A DNA stretch of 64,000 bases from Nitrosopumilus sp. (GTDB lineage Archaea; Thermoproteota; Nitrososphaeria; Nitrososphaerales; Nitrosopumilaceae), in contig OZ243974.1 of the NCBI GenBank assembly GCA_965214775.1, positions 2,528,001 through 2,592,000 of the forward strand, written 5' to 3'. Both the position numbers and the translations under genes were made by a program. Positions within the stretch are counted from its first letter, which is position 1. Every line of letters begins with the position of its first letter. Below are positions 30,934-40,634 of this stretch, piece after piece. The notes under the pieces are model-generated. The model had not been told where the DNA came from, searched no databases, and saw only the letters and a program-made list of their open reading frames with translations.

Positions 30934-32616
30934 CTAAGAATCCTCTTCTATCCCGAGCACGTCATGGTATGCCCTTGGAATCATCTGCTGTGCCTTGAAT
31001 AATACGTTATTTACTGCAGTGTCAAGAACATATGTCCGGGCCCAGTCCTCCTCACTTCTGATAGAGCGTCCAAAGCCCTGCAAAATTTTGGTCAGAGTCT
31101 GTGAAGTGTACCATAAAGGAAATTTCTCCATCTTTGCCCTGGTTCTTTTTTCAGTATAGTTTGGATATGGCACTTTGGCGATGATTTGAAACCTAGACAG
31201 CTCATCTTTCAGGTCGACGCCTTCCCACAATGATGATGACAGTAGTACCCCGGTTGGGTCGGCGGCATGCTCAGAAATCACCTCGTCTTGGGTTTTTCCG
31301 TCTTTATTCACACTATGACAAAGCCTGATTCTTTTGGTGTTTTTTGGAGAAAGATATCGCAAGATTTTCCGACATCTGGGAATGGAGGAAGTAAGAACCA
31401 GCCCTCTTTCAGACGAATGTTCATCAAGAATCCTATCGATCACTTTGACGACTTCGATCTCATCTTCGTCAGTAGAGCCGTAGCTAAGACGTCTTATGTT
31501 CAAAAGATCAACCTTTCGATTTTCTAATGCAAAAGGCGATTTTTCTGTATCGACAAAGGCAACATCGTCCTTTTCAAAACCCATGTTTTCGCAAAACCCG
31601 GACTTTTCGATTGTGGCAGACATGAAAACCTGGTGTTCAGTTTCAAAAAATGTTTTTGCAAATTTGGAGATGTCAACCGGCTTTACAGAAATGGTTCTAA
31701 AATTTCCATCAAGATCTTTTACGGGATCATTCACGACAAAATTATCCTTGTCATGGGAAATGTCGATTTTAGCTTGAGCTGCTTTGTCATAACGCCTTTC
31801 CAATCTTGTAATCAGTTCATAGTTGGGATTGCTTTGGAATGCTGCACTTTCTTTAATGTCCTTGATCTGCTTTGCGTATGAATGTGCAATGTCATCAGTT
31901 AATTTTATCATCGAATCCAAGTCAGAAAAACTATAGTTTTCAGTGTTCAGTCGACATTCGTCTACGTGAGTGCTGAAGATATCAAACCCTACAAATTGAA
32001 TTATCTGATCCTCGATTTTGTGGGCCTCGTCAAAAATAGAGACTTTTCTGTCAAGATAACCCTCAAACAATTTTTTGTTGAATTTCATTATTTGAAAAAA
32101 AGCATGATAGTTCCAAAGGGAGTGCTTGGATACTAGCGCCTCGTATTTTTGGAGATAGTAATGGCAGGATTCCGAATCAAATGATTTTTCTTCAACCTGC
32201 TGAATCGTAGGCTTGAATTGGCAGACTTTGATCACCTCTTTTCCGTTTTCATTGGTCCTTTCCTGGCATTGGCCCATGTCACACGTCAGTCCCCGGCGCA
32301 TGGCGTGTCTGGAATCCTCTATTTTTTTAGCAGACATTAATTTCAGACAAGAAAAATTCTGCTTTCCCTTTACTGGCTTGAGATATGGGATGTCTTTGAT
32401 GTATTGATCCTGCAGGTACTTTGAGGCAGTTACGGTAAATGAGCTATCAAAATAGTTGGATACAGCCGCTCCAACCAGTGACTTTCCAGCTCCAGTTGGG
32501 GCACACAGGATGATTTTTTTGTACCCTGATTTTAACTTCTCTTCTATCTCCCCAAGTATCTCTTTTTGAATTTCTCTCGGAGTAAAATTTGAAGGGAATT
32601 TTTCTAAAATAGACAG
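30934..32616 (-). CDS. XPD/DinG/Rad3-family SF2 helicase (probable CTG start)
   Basis: The frame is open 93 codons upstream of the ORF-track start and contains the Q motif (TPREIQ) and Walker A (CAPTGAGKS). Also DEAH, MSAT, EGVD and QGFGRSIR. Confidence 0.9.
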   Translation of the reverse strand: MSILEKFPSNFTPREIQKEILGEIEEKLKSGYKKIILCAPTGAGKSLVGAAVSNYFDSSFTVTASKYLQDQYIKDIPYLKPVKGKQNFSCLKLMSAKKIEDSRHAMRRGLTCDMGQCQERTNENGKEVIKVCQFKPTIQQVEEKSFDSESCHYYLQKYEALVSKHSLWNYHAFFQIMKFNKKLFEGYLDRKVSIFDEAHKIEDQIIQFVGFDIFSTHVDECRLNTENYSFSDLDSMIKLTDDIAHSYAKQIKDIKESAAFQSNPNYELITRLERRYDKAAQAKIDISHDKDNFVVNDPVKDLDGNFRTISVKPVDISKFAKTFFETEHQVFMSATIEKSGFCENMGFEKDDVAFVDTEKSPFALENRKVDLLNIRRLSYGSTDEDEIEVVKVIDRILDEHSSERGLVLTSSIPRCRKILRYLSPKNTKRIRLCHSVNKDGKTQDEVISEHAADPTGVLLSSSLWEGVDLKDELSRFQIIAKVPYPNYTEKRTRAKMEKFPLWYTSQTLTKILQGFGRSIRSEEDWARTYVLDTAVNNVLFKAQQMIPRAYHDVLGIEEDS

Positions 32617-32719
32617 GATGACTGTTCTTCCTTCAAATCAATATTAAAAGCATGAAGGTCTTGTCGTGATATCCTGTTCTTGCAATCTGATTTAATACAC
32701 AGTGGGATCTCTGTAATTC

Positions 32720-33037
32720 ATGGAATTGCTAGACGATAAGATGAGGGTTTGGATTCAAAGTGCAAAATTTGTAAAACCCGTTCCGGGGGTTTATGTCCTG
32801 TACAGCAAAAGCGAAGAGCCGATCTACATTGGCAAGACAGATAATTTGAAAGAGACCTTTACAAAATACGTGGATCAGGATTTTGATGGAAACGAATGCA
32901 AGCAGAAAACTTCATCGTATCAGAGAGAATTTACAGACAGTCCGAAGGAAAGACATGCTCAGTTAATTGAAGACTTTAAAAAAGAATATGGAAAGTTTCC
33001 CTCATGTAATTCCCAAATCAAAGTAGAGACTCGATGA
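32720..33037 (+). CDS. Stand-alone GIY-YIG-like small protein
   Basis: PGVYVLY...PIYIGKTDNL motif. Confidence 0.75.
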   Translation: MELLDDKMRVWIQSAKFVKPVPGVYVLYSKSEEPIYIGKTDNLKETFTKYVDQDFDGNECKQKTSSYQREFTDSPKERHAQLIEDFKKEYGKFPSCNSQIKVETR

Positions 33038-33211
33038 CATTTAATGCATGCACCAAAGACCTGTCGGATTAATACAAAAAAATCAAAATTATTCCATGTC
33101 AAATGCAAGGATTTATGCCGGAATTGCAATTGGCGTATCAAGCATGACCGGGGGATTATGCTCATGTCTGGGACAGTCAACAAACCATCTTTCAGAAGAT
33201 GCAATTCCACA

Positions 33212-33316
33212 AGCAGTAGCAGTAGCAGCAGCAGTAGCAGCAGTAGTAGCAGCAGCAGTAGTAGCAGCAGCAGTAGCAGCAGCAGTAGCAGTAGCAGTAG
33301 CAGTAGCAGTAGCAGC
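33212..33316. repeat. Mixed (AGC/AGT)n trinucleotide microsatellite, about 35 units
   Basis: Directly visible. Confidence 0.97.
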
Positions 33317-33536
33317 AACAGACGAGGATGTTACAATCATCATCATTACAAATGATTTTGGATTTGCCACGGTTTTGAATAAAGAACAAGACGGCATCAT
33401 GACTCCGTTGCAGAGCTTGCTGGAAAAGCAAAGGGTTGAAATGAACCATGATCAAATTCAAGTATAACCAATTTTTACCTTACAATCTGAGAAGAAATCC
33501 TTGAAACTATTAATCTTAGATTGCCGTAATAGTATA

Positions 33537-33695
33537 ATGCATCAATGCTATTACTGCGAACAGATGTTTGATTCAAAAGAAGAACTATTTTATCATCTGG
33601 AAATTCATTCAGACGTTGAACGAAATAATGAGATGATGAATAGAAAAAAACAGGCTGAGGAAAAGAACAGGCAAGACCAAACTAAAAAAAATTAG
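33537..33695 (+). CDS. Small C2H2 zinc-finger protein
   Basis: HQCYYCEQMF...LFYHLEIH. Confidence 0.75.
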   Translation: MHQCYYCEQMFDSKEELFYHLEIHSDVERNNEMMNRKKQAEEKNRQDQTKKN

Positions 33696-33755
33696 AGTTG
33701 TTGTTAGGTTTTTACAAATTTAGGAATCCAAATAGCAATTCTGTGCTCATTTGGT

Positions 33756-34022
33756 ATGGATTGGGTAGAGACGCTGTTGAAGAAATCATGCGACAATACT
33801 TTGAGCAAAGGGGAAGTGTTGCACAGTCTATTTCACATGATTGAGGTAAATGAAAACATATTAAATCGTATTCAGTCAGACACCAGAGATTTTGGTCCAG
33901 AATTAGAAGAGTTAAAACAGACTGAAATCAAAGATTTGGATTTTCATTTAAAATATTACAGAAGTCTTGTAAATTATATCAATTCCATTCCAGAAAATGA
34001 AATTATTGAAAGACAATCCTGA
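33756..34022 (+). CDS. Hypothetical helical protein
   Basis: 88-aa ATG ORF with natural composition. Confidence 0.6.
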   Translation: MDWVETLLKKSCDNTLSKGEVLHSLFHMIEVNENILNRIQSDTRDFGPELEELKQTEIKDLDFHLKYYRSLVNYINSIPENEIIERQS

Positions 34023-34089
34023 GGCATCGGACTGTAGTAAACTCATAAAAAAAGGAATCATTTTGACCATTATTTTTGACCCAAAGATC

Positions 34090-34741
34090 TAAGATCTGGC
34101 AGGCCATACATACATGCATGACCAAAAAGACAGAATACGTGGAATCAAAGGGCAAGTTCCTGCCAAGCACAAGCCGTTCTTGCCTCCACAGGGCATGCAA
34201 AAAAAGAGACAGACCGGAGGGAGCGCGGCAGGCCAGCGCCTCAAGTGGCAGATGCATTGCGCCAAGGGGCCGGGGCCGCCGGAGGAGGAGGAGGCTGCCA
34301 GGCAGCATGACAGTCGGGTGGCAGAAACACGCCAGATTGCCGCCACATGCAAAAAGGAAGGATGCAACAGCTGTCCCACAAAGGTTGACAACGCCTCGGA
34401 GTTTCTCTACACGTTTACGACGCGTCCTGGGATGGATCCCACCCACCAACAACCTGGCCGAGCGTACGCTGAGGCCCGGCGTGATCGTGCGCAAGATACG
34501 GTTCGGACTGCGGACAAAAGAAGGACAGAAGATGTTCGGTAACATGTCGACGTGTATTGAAACATGGCGCCTCCGGGGGTGTAACGTTACGGAGATGATC
34601 AGGGAGGCGCTGACCAGAAACCCCGGGTACGTAGTCATCTGCCCCTAGCAATCCTGCACTAATCTGCCTGCAGTTGTGATTTTCATGCCTGAACAGACGG
34701 GGGGGTGTGACTTTAATTTTAGACAGGGACTAACCTGTTAC
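34090..34741 (+). mobile_element. IS66-family remnant (3' part of the transposase plus right end)
   Basis: Frameshifted FLYTFTTRPGMDP / TNNLAERTLRPGVIVRK motif; terminal ...CCTGTTAC (GTAAC-type end). Confidence 0.75.
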
Positions 34742-34914
34742 GATGGTCATTATACCCTATTAGCGAATGGAAAAAAGGATTGATCGAGATGTCCGACTTT
34801 ATGAGTACTGCCAGCTTCGGCCATGACGTCATGGAGTACCTCATGAATACGCCAAGATTTTCACGAACTTATGTTTTTCACCATACATTGTGTGCACGTT
34901 TGATCAAAATTTGC

Positions 34915-35006
34915 GCATGTGGTCACGTCCCTTGCTGGCCAAGTATGGAAATCCTAATCATACATGCCAATTCGTGCCTGATTGATGGGGGTAGGTGACC
35001 ACATAC
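34915..35006. mobile_element. MITE family A, copy 2, nested in an IS5-like end
   Basis: GCATGTGGTCAC...GTGACCACATAC; 8-bp TSD AAATTTGC. Confidence 0.9.
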
Positions 35007-35311
35007 AAATTTGCCAATTTCGAATCAACTCTCAGGCATGCTGATCGATTCAATAATCTGAATTTGTCTATCCATAATCCGAATCTGATAATTTCGAATC
35101 GACTATCTTGGAGCGCGTGCTAAAATCACTGTTGCGACCTGATGAAGATCAGCAACAGAACAGCTGCAAACGGAGCGCTTGATTTCCAATTTCGGATCAG
35201 CTCCAAGGCATTCTGGAATTAGATGTCCATGTGACTGATCGCTAGGTAAGTATTTGTGTAGCACTGGGTTAATTTTTCGTATCCATACATATGTAAAAAG
35301 AATGATTCGGT

Positions 35312-35704
35312 ATGCATGGTATGTACTCTGAGTTGGACAAGTTGTTTACATGCGACAACTGTGGTGCCGAGATCAGGACAGAAGGCGACGTGTACAGTTG
35401 CGGCATGTGTGGGTACGAGTTTGACGGCCCGGTCAATATATCGATATCAGAAGGCACAGGAGAGAGCGCCTTTAAGAAAAAAACAAGGGCAGTAAAGAAA
35501 AAAAACAAGCACGTATGCAGATCCACCTGCCACAAATACGAGACCACATATGCCAAGATGGGCAAGGGTGCGGCATATTGCAACGTATGTGACAAGTACG
35601 TCAAAGTTGAAGAGCCCTACGCGCCTTGTCCGTGCTGTGGAGCAAGCAAAAGCATGCGACGTAAGACTTGGAGAAACAAAGACAGAGGATTTGGCAGACA
35701 CTAG
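35312..35704 (+). CDS. Multi-zinc-ribbon basic protein
   Basis: CDNC, CGMC, CRSTC, CNVC, CPCC pairs. Confidence 0.7.
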   Translation: MHGMYSELDKLFTCDNCGAEIRTEGDVYSCGMCGYEFDGPVNISISEGTGESAFKKKTRAVKKKNKHVCRSTCHKYETTYAKMGKGAAYCNVCDKYVKVEEPYAPCPCCGASKSMRRKTWRNKDRGFGRH

Positions 35705-35913
35705 GATCACAACCTGCTGATTTTCAGATATGATGACATGGGTGGTTGTCCAATTTTGTTTTCTATGGGAGTGATTCAAAATTGCATCAGAATACACCCC
35801 CGTGTCTTCTTGTTCTACAGGGGTTGTCGCCTAATTCCACCCGGGCCTGATTCAATCTGTTTTATGCAAATTTGTTTGCAAATAATCAGAATTTGCTAAT
35901 TTTGAATCAATTC

Positions 35914-35996
35914 TATAGCAACGGGCATAAGTCTTTGAGTCAAAGTAGGTCATAACTACGCGTAAAAAACCTCAATTATTTCTGCTCGTTGCTATA
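35914..35996. mobile_element. MITE family D, copy 1 (including TA flanks)
   Basis: TATAGCAACG...CGTTGCTATA ends; internal similarity to 42209-42291. Confidence 0.8.
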
Positions 35997-36087
35997 TGTT
36001 ATGCCGCCGCCATCCCGTGCATGAGCCTAGTCCAATGTCAACAGGCCAGCCAAAATATTTTTGTATTAAAACGCCAATGAAATAATC

Positions 36088-36291
36088 TTGTTGATAATTT
36101 GCAAGGGGACTAGAAAAGGTTCAAAATTAGAAAAATGTGATTTTCTCTATGATGGAAACTGGGGAGACAGACAGTTAGAAGAACATCAAAAATTCCATGA
36201 ATCGCAGTTAAAAGACACATCATGCTGGCTTGGATTTGACATACAACAATCATTTGGCAAATTTAGTGGAAGAGACGGGAAGCGAAATTAG
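36088..36291 (+). CDS. Small hypothetical protein (C/C/H/H pattern)
   Basis: ICKG...KCDF...EEHQKFH. Confidence 0.6.
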   Translation: MLIICKGTRKGSKLEKCDFLYDGNWGDRQLEEHQKFHESQLKDTSCWLGFDIQQSFGKFSGRDGKRN

Positions 36292-36340
36292 TTTTTGAGA
36301 AAACCCCAATAATTTTATGTTAATTCTACTGGTTTCCACT

Positions 36341-36874
36341 ATGGGTAAAAAAGATCTTGTTGTTTGGTCTAAAGATCAACTATTGTCATGGTCTGATTTT
36401 AAAGCCGAGTCCAATCCTGCAGCTTATGAGAATTCTCACAGTTACATAAAATATCACCACACATGGACTGTGAACTCTGAAAAAATGGGACGTGAGGTCT
36501 TCTTTTACATAGAAAATCTCCAAATTCATGTTCATTTTCATACCTTGTTATCCTGGGTGCGAGAGTCTGAAATGTCTGACTTTCTTTTATTGCACGAACA
36601 AGGCCACTTTGATTTAGCTGAAAAAATACGTCAAGAAAATGTTCAAAAAATTCAGGATGTTTTTTATGGGAAAAAATTTTCGATCAGAGGACAGAATGAA
36701 GAGCAAATAAGACAAAATGCAAAAGAAGACTCGGGAATAATGATTTCACAAGAAATTGAAAAGTTAGAAAAAATTCTATCTCAAAGAAGAAAAGAGTATG
36801 ATTCGTTAACTGATTTTGGAAGTAAGAATTTTGAACAGCAAAAATTCAACCAAACATTTTCATCACTGCACTGA
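36341..36874 (+). CDS. DUF922-like putative zinc-dependent protease
   Basis: LLSWSDFK N-terminal motif and LLHEQGHFDL (HExxH). Confidence 0.75.
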   Translation: MGKKDLVVWSKDQLLSWSDFKAESNPAAYENSHSYIKYHHTWTVNSEKMGREVFFYIENLQIHVHFHTLLSWVRESEMSDFLLLHEQGHFDLAEKIRQENVQKIQDVFYGKKFSIRGQNEEQIRQNAKEDSGIMISQEIEKLEKILSQRRKEYDSLTDFGSKNFEQQKFNQTFSSLH

Positions 36875-36957
36875 TTTGGTTGAAGTGCATGCGGTTATCT
36901 TAATCATAACTTGCAAAAAATCTGTTCATAAAGACAATGTGTTATGAAAAGGCAAAC

Positions 36958-37048
36958 GTAAGAGTTTATCCCTCACCTGAGATACGGCGGGTCAGGCGTG
37001 ATCATGAAGGTTCCAGACAGCAGTGACGCCTAAGGGATAAACTCGTAC
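36958..37048. mobile_element. MITE family B (91 bp, IS66-type ends)
   Basis: TIR GTAAGAGTTTATCCCT/AGGGATAAACTCGTAC; 8-bp TSD AGGCAAAC. Confidence 0.9.
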
Positions 37049-37079
37049 AGGCAAACAGCGCCGACGGCAGCTCTTGATC

Positions 37080-37155
37080 TTCCAAACGGATGTACAAAAG
37101 ATTCGGAAAGATATGATATTTGTGGACAACGCCTCGCACCGCAAGTCAAAGGCAC
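37080..37155 (+). pseudogene. Short IS630-like transposase scrap
   Basis: KRMYKRFGK / IFVDNASHRKSK resembles the DNAxxH region of IS630. Confidence 0.4.
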
Positions 37156-37842
37156 CGTATTACGTCCTCAGATTTCTAGGCGCAAAACAACCATCCGAAT
37201 TTCCTAGGAGTGTCTGATTTTATTGAGGGCATGATGTCGCACAGTTAAAGAAGGCAAAAAGGCATCAGAGGAATCGACGGCGACATAATACTGCAGTGCC
37301 TCAATGACGTGATCAAGCGCTGCATCTCAGACTATGGGATGATGCCAAAACCCCCTCCGCCGGTGCCTCCATGAGTTACTTCTGGGAAGACTGTACTGAG
37401 AGTTTGATTTAAAATTAGCAGATTTACAACTGAACGGGTTCTGAAAGCCGTCTCGGATTTTAGGCACAAATTCTGTTTGAACAGCCCTTTTTGGTGGCAA
37501 AATTTCTGCCTGAACTTCCAGAGCCTGAGATGTTGTTTGCAAACACCTGTTTGAAATTATCAAAAAAATGAAATTTATTTTTGGAATCTTTGTAATACAT
37601 CTTATCAACATGTGATACAAACTATATCATGAGACAAAATTCTGAAAAATACAATTTATGTACAAAATGTAACCAGATATCATTTTCTTGTGACTGTGAA
37701 TGTGCGTTTTGTGGAAAAAAGGAAGAATGTGACTGTGAATCGGTGCCCATAATAATTCCATAGCTTTTCTCAGGCTCGATGAAAAATTTTTCATGTAAAA
37801 GATGATAAAAAATTTACTTTGTTTCAGCAATACTCTTTTTTC

Positions 37843-37934
37843 GTATGTGGTCACCTACCCCTATCAATTAGGCATGAATTGGCATGTACAATGTGATTTT
37901 CGTGCCTAGATAGCAAGGGGACGTGACCACGTAC
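37843..37934. mobile_element. MITE family A, copy 3 (inverted)
   Basis: GTATGTGGTCAC...GTGACCACGTAC; 8-bp TSD CTTTTTTC. Confidence 0.9.
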
Positions 37935-38288
37935 CTTTTTTCCAACCGTGGTAATGTCAACAATTAAAGCACATTATATCAAAGCACGAAAAAAGGTATC
38001 AATGAAAAACCCTCAACCATATCTGATGAAAAATGGCACATGGGCACTAAAAGGGACTAGCACAGACAGGAATGAAAATATTCAAGATTGTGGACAAGAC
38101 TAGGCCTGAAATAAAAAATTTCCGTTTCTCATCATTCATGAGTCTGTTTACAGACAGACAATGCAAGAGTCAAAAAACATGCCAGTCTAAATTTTTGTGA
38201 ATTGCAAGATTTGAGAGATCATGGAGATCATCCAGCTGAGCGTTGAGTTTTTTTTAAGAATTAAATTTGATATGATTTCAGAAAGAAC

Positions 38289-38789
38289 ATGTCTTTTGAG
38301 ATTGACTGGAAAAGAAATTTTTATGGAATTTCTTGGGCGTATGAAAAGGACAGACTAGTTATCTCCACGGTATTTGAGGATAAAAAAGAAGCAATGTTGG
38401 TTGCCAAAGAAGTTGAAGATTGGAGTGATAGATTTACAAGATTAACAATCATAGAAAAGGCAAACGATGAGTTTGCAATTTGTTGCTACCAAGATCCGCA
38501 AATTTCCAAAAAGAAAAACCATGTCGGATTGTTTAGAACCGGAATGAGACAAAGTGGAGGATATAAACAAGCCAAACCGATGATCGAAGAAAAATCCCCG
38601 TTATTACAAATCGCATATGCCGCAGATGCAAGAGACATGAACACGTATGAGCAAATTTCAAGACTGGTTCCAATGCGAAAATGCAGAATTATCTCAGAAA
38701 AAGACTTGAAAAAACAAGAGTACTTTTACGAAAAAACCGCAAATTTTGAAAGTCATGGAAAAATGACGGGGTTCAAACCAGAAATTTGA
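38289..38789 (+). CDS. Hypothetical protein
   Basis: 166-aa ATG ORF with an AT-rich element upstream; no recognised motif. Confidence 0.75.
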   Translation: MSFEIDWKRNFYGISWAYEKDRLVISTVFEDKKEAMLVAKEVEDWSDRFTRLTIIEKANDEFAICCYQDPQISKKKNHVGLFRTGMRQSGGYKQAKPMIEEKSPLLQIAYAADARDMNTYEQISRLVPMRKCRIISEKDLKKQEYFYEKTANFESHGKMTGFKPEI

Positions 38790-38893
38790 ATCTGGCACCG
38801 TCCATGATCATCCGTATCACATGTGAAAAAAATCGAATCTGAAGAAGATCCATATTTCAGGTCTCGAAGATTACACAGAACCCCCCACAACAC

Positions 38894-38903
38894 TCTTTAT
38901 ATT
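38894..38903 (+). promoter_or_regulatory. Putative archaeal TATA box for the orphan operon
   Basis: TTTATATT about 25-30 nt upstream of ATG 38925, consistent with a leaderless transcript. Confidence 0.5.
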
Positions 38904-38924
38904 CATAAATGACCTCTTACATAT

Positions 38925-39560
38925 ATGGCAATGGTAAACGAGCTGAAGAACCCGTTTGATTATTTTAGATCTGAGTTGGAGAACGTTTTTGGAGTTGAAC
39001 AAAAACAGCTAAACGCATTGATCAGCGCCTACAATAAAACCGGTTATAACACACCGCTCAAAAAACTTGCCGAGATGCTTGGATCTGAAAACGACTATGG
39101 TTTTGCTGAGGTGCATATATTTCCCCTTTGTTGTGTTTCTTACGAATATTTTCAAAGCAAAGACAATACCAATACATTCCTAGCAAAGTCAAACCTCACA
39201 CCAAAAACCAAGAAATCTATCAAGTATTTTTTTTCCAAACTAACTGATAAAGGGCTGCGTGGCTTGGAAGTTCAATATCATGTTTATGGAAACCTGTTTG
39301 ATTTCCAAGCACTGGATCCTATAAGCGACAATAACATACTACTAGAAATAAAAGATCAGTCTAACAAAGCCGTCTGCTATCTTCCTGTTACTAGAATCAC
39401 GTTTGCCCGTGGTGGCGACGATGAAAAAACAATATCGTCTGAATTTTCTCAGGATAGGCTGGCTCATCTCATCTCAACACTACAGTCAATTTATGATAGA
39501 AACTCCGCACTGACTAAAACATATAAAAAATCCATAAAAGACCTGCCTGTGATTGAATAA
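38925..39560 (+). CDS. Hypothetical protein, possibly COMM-domain (COMMD)-like
   Basis: 211 aa; helical N-terminal two thirds; C-terminal LPVTRITF...KTISSEFSQDRLAHLISTLQSI pattern. Confidence refers to the CDS; the family call is tentative. Confidence 0.75.
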   Translation: MAMVNELKNPFDYFRSELENVFGVEQKQLNALISAYNKTGYNTPLKKLAEMLGSENDYGFAEVHIFPLCCVSYEYFQSKDNTNTFLAKSNLTPKTKKSIKYFFSKLTDKGLRGLEVQYHVYGNLFDFQALDPISDNNILLEIKDQSNKAVCYLPVTRITFARGGDDEKTISSEFSQDRLAHLISTLQSIYDRNSALTKTYKKSIKDLPVIE

Positions 39561-39562
39561 AA

Positions 39563-40291
39563 ATGATGTCATATGCACAAGCTAGCACATCTGGAATCTC
39601 AAGGTCTCATTCTAGACGCTATCGACTTGTACGGGTAAAAACCAAGCACAAATCATCTAGCACATACGTACGATCTGGACTGTCGCCTAATTCATTAGAA
39701 TTCTTGAAGACCAAGGATACCATCAGGATTAGGCGTGCAAAAGTGGTGAAAATTCAGAAAATCGTACTGGCTGGATCAAACAAGCGGAACTATGCAACAA
39801 CTTCCATACGAGCGGATTCGAAAGAGAGAGTGGCCTATGTAAGGAAATTCTTTAGAAACCGTCCCAGAGTACAGCCCCATCGGGAATCAAAAACAAAAGA
39901 AATCCGTCGTTACATACAAACTCAGCAATGGGACAAGCTGGTTCCCTACGTGGATGAACTAATCCAGCAAATAGATCTGGGTGCAGTCGCCCTGCCCCTC
40001 ATATCAAAATTATTGGACTCTGTCACGCAGGACTATGCAGTCATGGAAAAAAATGCATTCATGCACGAGGTAATCCAGTCAGTCACCATTTTACTAAAGG
40101 ATGTCATGATATCTGCAATACAAAACAACACCGTTGACGCCATCAATAGTGCAAAACGCATCAGGGAAATTCTGCTGGCCGCGCAAGAAGTTTCTCGCGT
40201 TGCATCAGAGGAAGGCCTGTCTCCCTTGCCAGTGTCTAAACTAGTTCAAATTGACGTGATAAAAGGCAGGCCAATATATGCCCTCAAATAA
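39563..40291 (+). CDS. Hypothetical protein with a very basic N-half and helical C-half
   Basis: 242 aa; starts 2 nt after the upstream stop and overlaps the downstream start. Confidence 0.75.
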   Translation: MMSYAQASTSGISRSHSRRYRLVRVKTKHKSSSTYVRSGLSPNSLEFLKTKDTIRIRRAKVVKIQKIVLAGSNKRNYATTSIRADSKERVAYVRKFFRNRPRVQPHRESKTKEIRRYIQTQQWDKLVPYVDELIQQIDLGAVALPLISKLLDSVTQDYAVMEKNAFMHEVIQSVTILLKDVMISAIQNNTVDAINSAKRIREILLAAQEVSRVASEEGLSPLPVSKLVQIDVIKGRPIYALK

Positions 40292-40634
40292 AGAAATCGT
40301 ACTAGTCAAGGATGGCGGTTCATATCCCGACAAGGTCATGCATGAGGGTGATTCACTAGGCATAGGTACTCAAACCCATTCCTTCTATTGGAAAAAGGAG
40401 GGGCCTCAAAACCACGACTATGAACCTCTTGCCATACTGTCTGCTGAAAGGTGTGGGCTGTCCAGATACCACTATCGAGGATTGGTCGTATGGAAAGACT
40501 ACACCGTTAAAAACGGCAAGCCGATAGCGTCATTTGCCCGGGTCTGGCACACCCCCGTTCTGTGCTCTACACATAAGATCACTTATTCTCAGCCATCGGA
40601 TGTTATTGATCGTTTAAAATTAATTGGGTATTTA

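Noticed and set aside
32959-33461. Poly-Leu, poly-Ser, poly-Cys/Tyr ORFs
   Set aside because: Artefacts of the microsatellite; no support for coding.
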